A stretch of DNA of 64,000 nt from Octopus vulgaris (taxonomy: Eukaryota). The position numbers and the translations under genes were made by a program. Below are positions 26,447 through 39,169 of this stretch, piece by piece. Within the stretch, counting starts at the first letter, position 1; each line of letters starts with the position of its first letter. The notes below the pieces were generated by a model that saw only the letters and a list, made by a program, of their open reading frames with translations, was not told the DNA's origin and did no database searches. The stretch spans positions 205,716,001 through 205,780,000 of the forward strand of contig OX597815.1 in the NCBI GenBank assembly GCA_951406725.2. Direction: 5' to 3'.

Positions 26447-27561
26447 ACAGTTGGTATCAAAAAGTTCCTGGACTATTTATGTTTAATAAAAAATAACTTA
26501 TAAACTTAATCTGTTGTGTCTGGGGAGAGACATTCTCTTTTAGTGCCTTATTATTTAACACACTCACCGGTAAAATTTCCACTTATTTCTTATTTTATTG
26601 GTGAGTGTGTTAAATAATAAGGCACTAAAAGAGAATGACTCTCCCCAGACACAACAGAATATGCTTCAACACACGAACTCATATGAAGAATCTTGCAAAC
26701 CAAATCCAAAAAATTATAAACTTAAGTTTTAACATCATCTCCTTTGAAATAGTCACCTTGTGCAGCAATACACCAGTCCCAGCATTTCTGCCACTTCTGG
26801 AATCCTGCCATGAGGTTGTTTTTTGTAAGCGAGTTGAGGACCTGTGATTCACTCTTGATCTCAACAATGGTGTTAGAACAGCAACCTCTGAGCTGCGTTT
26901 TCATCTTGGGAAAGAGATCAAAGTTCTCAGGTGCTAAATCTGGTGAATAGCAGGTGCGGAAGCAATACCAAGTTTTTGGTGAGAAACTGACGAGTGAAGA
27001 AAGCTTAGTGACAGGGTGCATTGTTGTTGTGAAGAATTCAATTCTTTGCACACCACAGATTTGGTCCCTTTTGCCGAATATCCTTTCTTAAACACTTCAA
27101 AATGTCGTTGATTGTCCTCCAATGATACTCCTACAAGCTGATGAATTTTCTTCACATTTCTGAGGGTGATGCTTGTGACAGGTCTTCCGGATCACTCCTC
27201 ATCTTCCAGACACACACTTCCACTTTTGAAGTGCCCATGCCACCCGGAACATTGTGTATGACCCCTTGCCTTGCTGACATAAACTTGCTAAAGTATACTC
27301 AATGTCTCTGTAGCAGACTTTCCAAGTTTAGTACTAAATGATATATTTGTTCTATGTTCCAACTTCCTGTCCATAACAAAAACTGCAGGCTACAGCATAA
27401 ATGTGATCACAAATTTCCTAACTTGCAAAGTAATCACAGCGATGTCACTCGGCACACTGCCCTATGAAGGTCACTGCTAGCTCTCACTGTGCATGCAACC
27501 ATGTGCTGCCATCAGTTGGCACACTACAGAACTAGTTCAGGTACTTTTTGATACCACCTCA
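26447..27561 (-). mobile_element. Mariner-family transposon fossil with an internal deletion
   Basis: TIRs ...GGTATCAAAAAGTTCCTGGACTA / TAGTTCAGGTACTTTTTGATACC..., TA flanks; degraded transposase with YSPDLAPENFDLFPKMK...LRG and C-terminal W..CIAAQGDYFKGD (ORF 26722-27051). Confidence 0.9.
26510..26713. mobile_element. Insertion with a 59-bp inverted duplication, nested in the mariner
   Basis: Arms 26510-26568 and 26600-26658 match at 58 of 59 positions; 12-bp TSD TTATAAACTTAA at 26498-26509 and 26714-26725. Confidence 0.85.
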
Positions 27562-28080
27562 TACTTGCATTCTCTCTCTCACACACATCCCTATAAATAT
27601 ATAGGACCTGTAAACTAAGAGACAGACAAATCTAGAATAGAGAGGGAATGTCATTAATGAGACCATGAATGGCAATGAAAGGACTGATGAACCTTGCTCA
27701 TTGATTGAGTGAACGATTAATCAAGCAATTAGTTAATTGGTTAAGTGATTCATTAGTTGCCCAATAAAAGTGAAAAAAAAAAAACTCACTGTGCATATTC
27801 ACTATTCAGATATAATTAAAAACTATATCCCATTAATATACTTGTTTTATGATAATTTTGAAATGTAATCTAAATATAAATGGTAAGACTGCAAGTGAAT
27901 ATTAACAAGTTGCAATTAACAAACTGACATATTTTGCTTGTCGTGAGAAAATAGTTAAAGTATTTCTGAATCTCTCGTTAGATTAACAGTTATTACAACA
28001 GTTGTGTGTTCTAAAAATTAAACTTGTTTTCAGTCAATTACTTCAAAGCTTTGAACCTTACAACATTTATTGTCTTAAAG

Positions 28081-28250
28081 CTGGCATGGACAACCTTTTT
28101 TTGAGATGCAGGTGCCATATGATAGATGACTCATTATCAGGTGGGCTCTACTCCTCACCAAAAAAAACAAAAAAAAAAACAAAACTGAGGGTAATTTTCC
28201 TTAGGCATGTCATTCAGAAAGCTCTGTGGGCCACAGGCTGCCCACGACTA
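28081..28250. mobile_element. Degenerate hAT-like MITE
   Basis: Ends CTGGCATGGACAACC / GGCTGCCCACGACTA resemble CAGGCATGGGCAAC-type TIRs; TSD degraded. Confidence 0.4.
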
Positions 28251-28447
28251 GTCTAAAAATTCCATTTCAATATGAAATAATTGTAAGTAGTAATATTTAG
28301 TGCAACATTTATAAAGAAATCATGGAGAGAATAAAATTTTTAAAAATACAAAAATCTTCAAAATTTTTAACAGTTAATTTAGAAGACAGGACTGAAAATA
28401 AAAGGAGGCAGATATTCAAATTGGGTATAGATTACAAAATGCTTTAC

Positions 28448-28626
28448 CTTATTTCTTGAATTTTCAGCTTTTGTTTGCTTAGCTTCCCATAATTCTGTTT
28501 GGTAAGTTTCAGCAAAATCCATTTGACAGTTAACCAGCATAGCGGCTGGATTTTGTAGAGCTTTCATTGTCTCTGGCGCATCTTTGCGATCAATGGCATC
28601 ATTTATAGCAATGATAGCTGCATGTA
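28448..28626 (-). CDS. IQGAP: IQGAP internal exon, 179 nt (first IQGAP repeat)
   Basis: ttgtag|TACATGCA...AGAAATAAG|gtaaag; encodes (L)HAAIIAINDAIDRKDAPETMKALQNPAAMLVNCQMDFAETYQTELWEAKQTKAENSRNK; compare IQGAP1 LHAAVIAINEAIDRR...LKNPNAMLVN. Confidence 0.96.
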
Positions 28627-29024
28627 CTACAAATAAACCAAGAACAAATTTATGTGACATTTCATCTCTTGCAGTTGATAAGATATAAGAGTCATAACTG
28701 TCATAAACTTAGTCTGCACTTTATAACTAAGAAAATGTCTAAATTTAATAAGTATTTACTTCATCATCATCATCATCATCTAATGTCTGTTTTCCATACT
28801 GGCACGGGATGGACAGTATGACAGGAGCTGGCAGGCTGGAGAACTGCACCCAGCATCAATTGTCTGTTTTGAAAGGTTCTATGGCTGGATGCCCTTCCTA
28901 ACACCAAATACTTTACAGAGTGTACAGGGTGCGTTTTATGTGGCACCAGCATGGGTGCATTTTACTTGGTGCCAGCACTTCATGCTAGCTATTTAATTTC
29001 ATTTTAATAGTCATTGTTCATAAA

Positions 29025-29227
29025 TCATCATCATCGTTTAACGTCCGTTCTCCATGCCAGCATGGGTTGGACGGTTCGACCGGAGATCTGGGAAGCCAGA
29101 AGGCTGCACCAGGCTCCAGTCTTATCTGGCAATGTTTCTACAGCTGGATGCCCTTCCTAACGCCAACGACTCCATGAGTGTAGTGGGTGCTTTTTACGTG
29201 CCACCTGCACAGGTGCCAGGCGAGGCT
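29025..29227 (-). mobile_element. Family B copy (an older copy lies at about 28761-28980)
   Basis: Same 3' end as the other copies. Confidence 0.8.
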
Positions 29228-29661
29228 AAATAAAACTGACAAATGCAATCACTGCTCAAAAATAACAGTCGGTCAGTTGCAAGTTCTAACTTCCTGACTG
29301 TTATATAATTCAACATCTTAAACACTCAACCAATCCTACTTTTTTTTTTTTGAGTAATTTTACAAACCATATCACATTTAAATCCAGTTATAGATATTTT
29401 CTTTTAGACCTATAAGTTTTTTAAAATGCCATGACCATTAAAACCACTGGCATCAAATTAAAAACCAATGTACAAAACTAATTCTATATACATCATATAC
29501 AAAACATATGCACATTTCTTGCCTCGGAGCTGAGTAGAATTATATCTGATAATATATCCAAACTTCATTCAAGAATAAATTTAATTTCAAGCAACTAATT
29601 CAATTCACAATATTAGATTTGCTTCTGCAGCTGTGAAATAAATACCTCTCTCTCCACTGCC

Positions 29662-29707
<46 letters not shown>

Positions 29708-30063
29708 AACACATATGTAAATGTCTACTAGCAAGACTGCAATAAAGCTCTCTATATAGGTATATTAAAACCATTTAGCATTCAAGTTAGTTAGGAATGA
29801 TTTAGATTTCAAGTGTAGCCAACTATTTATTTGAAAGAATAAAAACGGGCAGTAAATAAACAAATATACAAGGTTTGCATTTTCAAAATAATTGTTACTT
29901 TTTAATTTACACTAGAGAGAAAATAAAATTTTTAGATTATTTTGAATAAATTTCATTGATTTGGCTGAAGTTGCCAACTTAACCATGGATTGGTTATTAC
30001 AATCCTCTCTCTTTTGTATATTCTAAAGCTAAAAGATGATAAATAACTTGTGCTTTTACCATT

Positions 30064-30191
30064 ATAGAAATACCTTTTCCACATAAGTCAACTCAATAGA
30101 AATATCTTTTCCACATAGGTCAACTCAATAGAAATATCTTTTCCACATAGGTCAACTCAATAGAAATATCTTTTCCACATAGGTCAACTCA
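30064..30191. repeat. 32-bp minisatellite, 4 copies
   Basis: ATAGAAATATCTTTTCCACATAGGTCAACTCA x4; the first copy has 2 substitutions. Confidence 0.95.
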
Positions 30192-33175
30192 ATTTACAAA
30201 CTTATTAACTCCTCAATTCTTTATTAGCCTGAACCCTTCCAATATACTCCCAGACGCTGCTTCAAACTTTAAACCAATACCAATTAGCAATCACCAAAGG
30301 AAAAGATGTACAGATCATTGTGGCCCAATGCTACTGGCAATCAGATTTACAGAATGCTATTTTCCAAATCTAAGAAAATATACTCTTAGCATCATGTAAC
30401 AAAAAAGAATAATTGTTTCTGATTTAGGAACAAGGCCCACAATTTTGAATGGAGGAAGATACCATCAATCACAGTATCTGACTGTTACTTTTATTCCTCA
30501 ACCTCAGTATATGACTGGCACTTTATTCTATTAACTCCAGAGTGTTGAAAAAGTTTATCTAGGCAGGATTTGAATTCAGAATGTAAAGATCCAGAACAAA
30601 TACTGCAAGACATTTTTTCCATTTCTCTAATGGTACTGCCAAATAATAAAAATACACGATGGCTAAATAAAGCATGGACATTTTCTAATTAAATGCACTC
30701 AAAAAAAAATCCATTTTATCAATGTCAGATATGGTTTAAATCATTACATCCAATTATTAGGTGCATGGTAACATTAAGCGGCTTAGACTAGAATCTTCCT
30801 AACCATTAACACTTCAAATAAGATTAATCCTAACAATCACATCACACCAAAAGAGAAAAATATAATTCAAAATATTTCAACAAAAGCATAAGTTTTGGTT
30901 TAGACATTCTTCAATGTCTAGTGTGCTAAAAACCAAGCGCTAGTTTTATACAATGTGAACATAATTATTTTTGCCAAATTATTTTTCCAATCAGTTAGAA
31001 ACTGACATTTTCATTTTGCTTCATTCCTCACATATCTTCATGGAGAAAATCTCAGTAATTTAGTTAGGTAAATGTGAACGTAGGAGAAATAAGGATAGGT
31101 GGTAAAAGTAGGACTGTTAAATAAATAAACCAGCAGGATGAAAGGGAAAAGTTGAAAATAGAATGGAAACAAAATATTCAGAAGTAAGGGAAGAATGGAA
31201 TTGGACAGATTTTTTTTTTCTATTCTCATTTTTAGACAATAAACTATAGCTATATATTATTTTCTTTCTTTTTTTTTTGCCAAGTTATATAAAATTGATA
31301 ATTCTCACATCAATAAATTGCAGCAGCTGAATTTGATAACTGCTTTAAATCTATTGACTATAGAAAGTGTAAGAGTAGGCAATGAATATGGTTTAGGAAA
31401 TTAGAACCTAATTACCTATTCAAATCTATTTCTAAGAGTGATTGAATAACTAAACAATGTATAAGAACTATAACTGAACCAGTTTTTCTACAAAAAGCAT
31501 ATATCTAGTGCAGAAAATGTTTAAGAGCAAGATTTTGTGGCAAATTACTAAAACTTAAAAAAATATACCTTATGTTAATAGAGGAATAAAAAAAATAGAT
31601 TATAATCCATAGAATGTAGAGCTAATATTACATGGTCTAATATAGAAATGGCCATACATTGCATTCTTTGCACACCCATATTTATATCTGTATCCTTTTT
31701 TCTGTATCAGGACAAAAATCTCAATCTTTTAGGAACAGAATTCTTTTGCAAATTTCAGATCTGTCTTTAGAGATATATAATGTTTTTAAGTTAAATCTAT
31801 TAAAAGACTTATTAAATAAGGTTTTCCATTTAAATACTATTTGCCAACAATCTGCTTCCTCAAACGAATTTAGACCAGATTTGAAAAAATTACTTTCACT
31901 GACTGACTTTGGTGATGAGAAGTATATAAAAAATTTTCAATTTTCAAAATTATTAAACAAAAGCAATGAGTGCTTTTATCTGTTTCCCTCACTATCATCC
32001 TCCTTTAAACCCACTTTGCATGCTGATATGGACTGGCCAGTTTGATAGTGATGAAACACAAGACCACATCATGCTCTAATATCTTAGTTTTGGCATGGTT
32101 TCTTTAACTGGATGCCCTACATAATACCAACCACTTAGAGTGTACTGGATGCTTTTATTTGTGGTACCATCACTAGTGATGGTTGCTTTGTAACTTGCAA
32201 AGCTAAAGAGCTCCTGTAACTGAAAGGAAATTAGGTAAGATATGAAAGGGAAAGGTTTTGTGTTGAGAGGGTAGAGAAAGTAACAGAATAGACATTGATG
32301 GGGTGTGGAAAGGGCAGTGGAATGGAGAAGGGAGTAATATCAAGGCTTAGTGAAAATGAGAGAGAGAAAAATACTAAGGATGATGGAATTCAGTGCTATC
32401 TCATGATATAAAGGTGAAGATGAGGGAAAGAGAACATAGAAAAGAGAAAAAGGTGAGGGTGGCAAGAATCCAGAGAGGCTGTGGGGAGAGGGTCAATGAA
32501 AGAAAGAAAGGCATGAGGGGGTTGTGGAGGAGGGCTAAAAGAGGGAAAGATGAGATGTTGAGGTGGTGGATAAGTTGTGGGGAGAGGACAATGAGAGAAA
32601 GAGAGGTAGAGGAAGGGCATATGCACACACACACAATATGTCACATTGTAGTTCATTGACTGATGATTTTTCATTTTTTATATAACTGATTTAGAAAATA
32701 GCTAAGTTTAGTTTAAGACCAATAGCATAATTTATCAAAATCAAAATCCATTGAAAATATTTCTAATCTTGTAAATTTGGATGGAGGATATCAGATGACA
32801 GATATATATTCTCCAAATTTACAAAGCCAGCATGTGGATACAGTACAATACAATTTACCAAAATTGAAGTTTTAAGAACACACAATGTTGCAATCATTTT
32901 CAGATCTTTTAAATTATCATTAAAACACTATCAGAAATTAGTGATAAAAACTACACACACACACACACACAAAAACAACAAACAAACAAAAAAAAAACAT
33001 GTAAACATTTAAAACATGCTAAACACAACAGTCTTACAAATTAGATGAACATAAGAATCTTTGTTATTTGAAAAAGTAGAGGAAAAGTATGAATTAATAT
33101 ATGTGAACTCACATCTATATACGTGTATGTATGTAAGTGAATGAATGAGCTTACATTTAGTTAAACTCAGTGAAA

Positions 33176-33571
33176 TCTTTATATATAAAAGTAAGGTTGT
33201 GTGTCTGTCTCCTACGATTTAGATTCCTAACTACTCCCACATTTTGCGGTGCAGTTTAACCAAAACCGGGTATCTTATAGTCGTGATTCATATCGAGCCC
33301 TTCTGGGTATTAGCGCGTGTCTACAATGAGTCTACGATTTAAAAAATAATTTACCATCATTTTTTTCCATTTTCATGCATTTTTTCGATATTATATAAGG
33401 GAAGTAACTCTCTAAAAACGTCTACGAAAAGTCAACGATTTTAAAAAATTTACCATAATTTTTTTTCCATTTTTAATGCATTTTTTTGCTATTTTTTGGC
33501 TATAACTCTCTAAAAATGTTTATATAGTTATTTCCCTTACAAACCCGAGCAACGCCGGGCGATACTGCCAG
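33176..33571 (+). mobile_element. Non-autonomous Helitron, copy 2
   Basis: A|TC start, hairpin CCCGAGCAACGCCGGG, end CCAG|T (mutated CTAG); colinear with 9440-9838. Confidence 0.85.
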
Positions 33572-33633
33572 TAAATAAATAAAAAGAACAAACAAAAACT
33601 AAAAAGTCAACAACAAAAATACTTAATACTTAC

Positions 33634-33655
33634 ATGCTGCATCATCAACAGACAT
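33634..33655 (-). CDS. IQGAP: IQGAP 22-nt microexon
   Basis: long U tract + tttag|ATGTCTGTTGATGATGCAGCAT|gtaagt; encodes MSVDDAA(L), filling the gap LSVDEAAL of IQGAP1 and reconciling phase 0 to phase 1 between its neighbours. Confidence 0.93.
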
Positions 33656-34423
33656 CTAAAACAAAAAGTAAAAAAAAAAAAAAAAAAAACCGTTTAGTGG
33701 ACTTGACACAGATCTTTAATAATTATTGATAAGGTTCAAAAATGCATATGTAAATAAGCATGCAATAGTCACATTTATCACAGCTCATTTTAGCTTCGTT
33801 ATTATTATTATTATCTTCTGGTATGTAATGAGCACACATTTTTGCATGCAGGCAAACGGAGTTTAAAATAAGAATTTCATCCTGACATGTCATAATGACT
33901 CGGAAACTAGTAACAATCTTATCTAATTAATATTAGATAACAACATTTCAGAAATATTGCTTCCTTATTGATTTATACAAAACAGTGTTGAACAGAATCC
34001 TTATGAAAACCTACAGAAACATTTTAACCAGGCTACAGAAAGATAATTCTGGGTATGTTAACTTGGAATTTTTCCCTCCCCTCTCCCACCGCATACCACA
34101 AGTATTGATTTATTTCTTGGATAGAAAGAAACTTTCTTGGAGGGCTGGTAGTTAGTGCTATTTGTGTTAACAAGCAAGAGCAGAAAATTGAAAGGTGAGG
34201 AAATTATTTATTTCCTAATGGCACCGAGAGAAAAAAAATAGCATCATCAGTTACAGACTTCTTGATGGCGTAATTAATAGTTCACAGATTTACTGATGAG
34301 GTGAGTGACAAGAGATTGTCTAACGAAGCAGAACAAATATCACACATTTTTATTCAAGAACATCAGTTTATGATTTCCTTAGCTAATAGATACATACACA
34401 AACTTCAACATCTTCATATACCA

Positions 34424-34650
34424 AATACCTATTTCTTTACTACCCACAAGGGGCTAAACACAGAGAGGACAGACAAGGAGATTAAGTCGATTACTTCGAC
34501 CCCAGTGTGTAACTGGTACTTAATTTATTGACCCCGAAAGGATGAGCGGCAAAGTCGACCTCAGCGGAATTTGAACTCAGAACATAACGGCAGACGAAAT
34601 ATGGCTATGCATTTCGTCTGCGTGCTAACGTTTCTACCAGCTCGCCGCCT
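34424..34650 (-). mobile_element. SINE family C copy
   Basis: Full-length match. Confidence 0.85.
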
Positions 34651-34974
34651 TATACCAAATACCACTATAGTATTAACCCAAGTCCACTCAACTGTAGAAA
34701 TGGGTGGTGATGTCACTAGTACCGAGCTGAATTGTCCTTGGACAACATCAGTGGCATGGTATGCATGGGCAACTGCAAACTTTGCCTGGACTTGGAGGGG
34801 AACTTTCTAGGTGCAATCCCCTGATCATTCGTGACAGTTAACCCAGTGATATGAGGGAAGATTTTTGACCAAGATGTTGCATGGTGAGATTAAACCTAGA
34901 ACCAGATGACTGATTGCAAAGAAAGCTTCTTGATAGTCATACTTGTTTCCTTGAGACCAAAATATGATTTTAAC

Positions 34975-35287
34975 AGGACTGGTGGTACGTAAAAAGCACT
35001 ATCCGAATCGTGGCCGATGCCAGCGCCGCCTCGACTGGCTTCCGTGCCGGTGGCACGTAAAATGCACCAATCCGACCGTGGCCGTTGCCAGCCTCGCCTG
35101 GCACCTGTGCAGGTGGCACGTAAAAAGCACCCACTACACTCACGGAGTGGTTGGCGCTAGGAAGGGCAACCAGCTGTAGAAACACTGCCAGATCAGACTG
35201 GAGCCTGGTGTAGCCTCCTGTCTTCTCAGACCCCCGGTCGAACCGTCCAACCCATGCTAGCATGGAGAACGGACGATGATGATGATG
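34975..35287 (+). mobile_element. Family B copy
   Basis: Internal tandem units and (GAT)n tail. Confidence 0.8.
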
Positions 35288-36094
35288 AACAGAGGTATGA
35301 GACATCAAACGACAGATTACAAAAATAATGTTTCAAGTACAACAATTAAAAGGTCAAACAACTAAGAGCTAAATTATGGTCAACCCTACTATACTTCTTG
35401 CAAATGAAAACGACTTAGAATTCTTATTTCTAATACAGCTGATGTAGTGATAAAAAAAGAAAAGAAAAAATAACCAAAAACTCTGATCTGAATGAATGAA
35501 TCTAGTCTGCAACAAACTGAAGATAAAATTTTTATCCTCTCAAGTAAACTGCTTATCTTACATATTTTATTCAATACAAACAAGCTTTTACTAAATCTAT
35601 AAATTTTCAATAAAGTAAAAAGAAATCTTTTGAGTCTCAGTTTGATTTATTTTGTTTTTCTTTTTCCCAAGTGATTCACACATTTATTCTGCTCCACCTG
35701 CCTCAAAGACAGTGAACGGAAATATTCTAAACATTTTACCATAAAAGTTTGAACTTAAGCCTGAGAAAAAAAATCACTGATTGAATATAAACTCCAAAAT
35801 AATCATCTGTGTGTGGTAAATAAAGATAATTTATATTGAGACATTATTAGTTTAAACATATAGCATAAGAAAAATTTGAAGAATTATGCTTCAGAGAAAT
35901 CCCACTTCAAATATATATTGAAAGATATGACACTGATTCAACAAACCATTTCTATTTATACTGCATTAAAATAAAGTTACATTGTGTCAGCATTTGAACT
36001 TGAGCTATTTAAGTAAATCTCAGAAATTAATATTTGATATCACTTTAACCATTTGTTATGCAAAATCTTATAAAAGTGATACAAATTTACTTAC

Positions 36095-36186
36095 CTCATT
36101 AGCTAAAATTCCACCAATTTTACCAAAAGATGGCATTTGGATTCCATATTTCTCCAGCTCTTTTCTCATGTTACTAATCTCCTCCT
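36095..36186 (-). CDS. IQGAP: IQGAP internal exon, 92 nt
   Basis: ttgcag|AGGAGGAG...GCTAATGAG|gtaagt; encodes (E)EEISNMRKELEKYGIQMPSFGKIGGILANE, matching IQGAP1 EEEINNMKTELEKYGIQMPAFSKIGGILANE. Confidence 0.97.
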
Positions 36187-36509
36187 CTGCAAGAACAAAC
36201 ACAAAATATTTTTAATGTTTAATGAAATGTTAATTCTAACCACTTCCAGAAATTTAAAGGAGTTGATAGATTTTAACAAGTTTGACTAATGGATATTGTT
36301 TCTTCATTACTTAAAACTGCTTAAAAGGTATTGCTGTGTACTTTTCTGAACTCACAATTATAATAAAATGGTTTAAATTTTTGGCACAAAGCCAGCAATT
36401 TTAAGGAAGTGGGTAAGTCAATTACATCAATCCCAATGTTCAACTGGTACTGATTTTATTGACCTTAAAAGGATAAAAGGCAAAGTCAACCTTAGTGGAA
36501 TTTGAACCC

Positions 36510-36970
36510 TGTGAAGACCAGACAAATGAAGTGAGTTCATGGCTCGCAGGATGGCCTGCTGTGCTAACCTTGGATCGTAGGGTGACCTGCTGTGCTTGAG
36601 GAGACCTTATTGAGTCAAGTACATCAACATCAAAATAAAAATCAAATGGAAATTGTAGTTGTGATACCCATGCATCATCCGAACGTGACTGATGCCAGCA
36701 CTGCCTTGACTGGCGTCTGTGCCAGAGACATGTAAAAAGCACCAACCGATCGTGGCCATTTTCCAGCCTCCTCTGGCCCCTGTGCCAGTGGCATGTAAAA
36801 AGCACCCACTACACTCTCGGAGTGGTTGGTGTTAGGAAGGGCATCCAGCTGTAGAAACACTGCCAGATCAGAGTGGAGCCTGATGCAGCCTCCTGGCTTC
36901 CCAGGCCCCGGTCGAACTGTCCAACCCATGCTAGCATGGAAAACAGACGTTAAACAAAGATGATGATGAT
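36510..36970 (+). mobile_element. Longer family B copy nested in an old family C-related SINE (36365-37049)
   Basis: The host reads ggaatttgaacc|...|aggaatgtaaagagccagaagaaat across the insert. Confidence 0.75.
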
Positions 36971-37456
36971 GAGGAATGTAAAGAGCCAGAAGAAATGCAA
37001 TGAAGAATTTTGTCTGACTTGCCAATGATTCTACTAGATCACTGCCTTACAATTATATAAATACTAAAAATGTAATAAAATAGCTAACAAATTTAAGTAC
37101 TTAATTATAATCATTATGAAATGAATAGGATTCATAAGGGGGTGGGTGGGTATATGATGTTAGCCAATTAACTAACGAGTTGTGAGTCTCTCACTGACCC
37201 TCCACATTGTGTCCTGTACAAGTACTGAACTAACTGAAATTAACAAATATATAACTGTCATTTTCTAAGTGATTCCATTTTTCTAATAAAAAAAAATATA
37301 GCAGTGAAAAGAATTTTAGTAGATTTAGAAATGATAAATAACATTTAAAGCTACCAGTTTTCAATAGATATATGTACTTTAAGGCCATCTACTTCTTATT
37401 CACTTAAGCCACAGTTAGATTGTAGTTTTCATTTGTTTAATCTCATACAGTTAAAT

Positions 37457-37672
37457 CTCTTTACTCTTTACTCTTTTACTTGTTTCAGTCATTTGACTGC
37501 GGCCATGCTGGAGCACCGCCTTTAGTCGAGCAAATCGACCCCGGGACTTATTCTTTTGTAAGCCCAGTACTTATTCTATCGGTGTCTTTTGACGAACCGC
37601 TAAGTAACGGGGACGTAAACACACCAGCATCGGTTGTCAAGCAATGCTAGGGGGACAAAGACAGACACACAA

Positions 37673-37703
<31 letters not shown>

Positions 37704-37876
37704 CACATATATACGACAGGCTTCTTTCAGTTTCCATCTACCAAATCCACTCACAAGGCATTGGTCGGCTCGGGGCTATAGCAGAAGACACTTGCCCAAG
37801 ATGCCACGCAGTGGGACTGAACCCGGAACCATGTGGTTGGTAAGCAAGCTACTTACCACACAGCCACTCCTGCGCC
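37457..37876 (-). mobile_element. SINE family A copy
   Basis: Full-length match. Confidence 0.9.
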
Positions 37877-38712
37877 TTTTTTTTTTTTTCAATCTAAATG
37901 CACTACCTTAGATCTCTAAGTTAATCCTTATGAACTCTTAATCCTATATCATTTCTTCATTAAGTCATCCTTTGAAATGAAATGATTATATATATATATG
38001 CAATCTAAGAAATAGATGAATTGTTTCCTTCATGGTACAATTGAAATTATAAAAGCCTTCTGACTATGAGTGGTGGTCTATACTGGTTTTCTCAAACATT
38101 TAGCATATTAATATTATTTTTCATCTAACTATATAAGCTGTATACAGGGAACAACAAAGCAACGTCCTCAATCAAATGGTACTTAAACACGGAGCCTCCA
38201 TTCCAGTCTGTGAATGTAAATTTATAGCTGAAACAATCATTTAAAAAATGAAAAAAAACAAAAGTAAAAAAAAACTCACAGAAACCATACATTTTTACAA
38301 TTATTTCAATAAGCTGAAAGTAACTATTGATGAAGATTAATGTTTAATTTGATAAAGATTAATTAAGACATTGTAAAATCATTTAAATCTTATCTATCTT
38401 TCATAATATTCTAATTTACAGTTAAAAATTATCGATATTTTTTGGACGAACAGCCAATAAATGCTTTCATTTTGATGCAGATTATCTTATTTTTCTTTTA
38501 TGGAACTGCTTTTTTTTTTTCCTGATAATTATAAACACTGTGTGCTAAACTAAGGAATTATTTAACTAGTAACATGTTCTATTGAGTAAATGCAAGCTAC
38601 CTGGAATCTAAATATCACAAATAGGCATAAAAAAAAACACTGTAAATTTTGAGAAATATTAAAAAAAAAAAGGCTGAGGAAGTCTAGATAAGAAGAGTGA
38701 AATGAAACCTGT

Positions 38713-39040
38713 AAAGGGTTGCTGAGACCCCCCTTTGGTCATGGCTGACCATGGGATTGCACCTAGAAAGTTACCCTTCCAGGCAAGGTTGTTTATGGAA
38801 GAACAACAGTCGCCCATGCATACCGGCCACCCCTCTCCACTCCACCAGTGTTATCCAAGGGAAAGGTAACAACAGATACAGCTTGGCACCTGTGACATTG
38901 CAAATCATTTCTACAGCTGAGTGGACTGGAACAACATGAAATAAAGTGTCTTGCTCAAGAACATAACATGCAGTCCGGTCTGGGATTTGAACTCACAACT
39001 TCATGATTGTAAGCTCGATGCTCTAACCACTGAGCCATGG
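38713..39040 (-). mobile_element. tRNA-derived SINE, additional family
   Basis: Minus-strand head CATGGCTCAGTGGTTAGAGC...GAGTTCAAATCCC; a related tail fragment lies at about 34690-34830. Confidence 0.7.
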
Positions 39041-39169
39041 AGTAAAAGATTATAAAATTATAAATTGGTAATAATTAGAGCCATGTTTTTTGCCTCCACC
39101 CCATCCCATAGTAGTATTAATTATCTGGATCTACATCATGGTATCACGTCACATGTTGCAGACCTTCAT

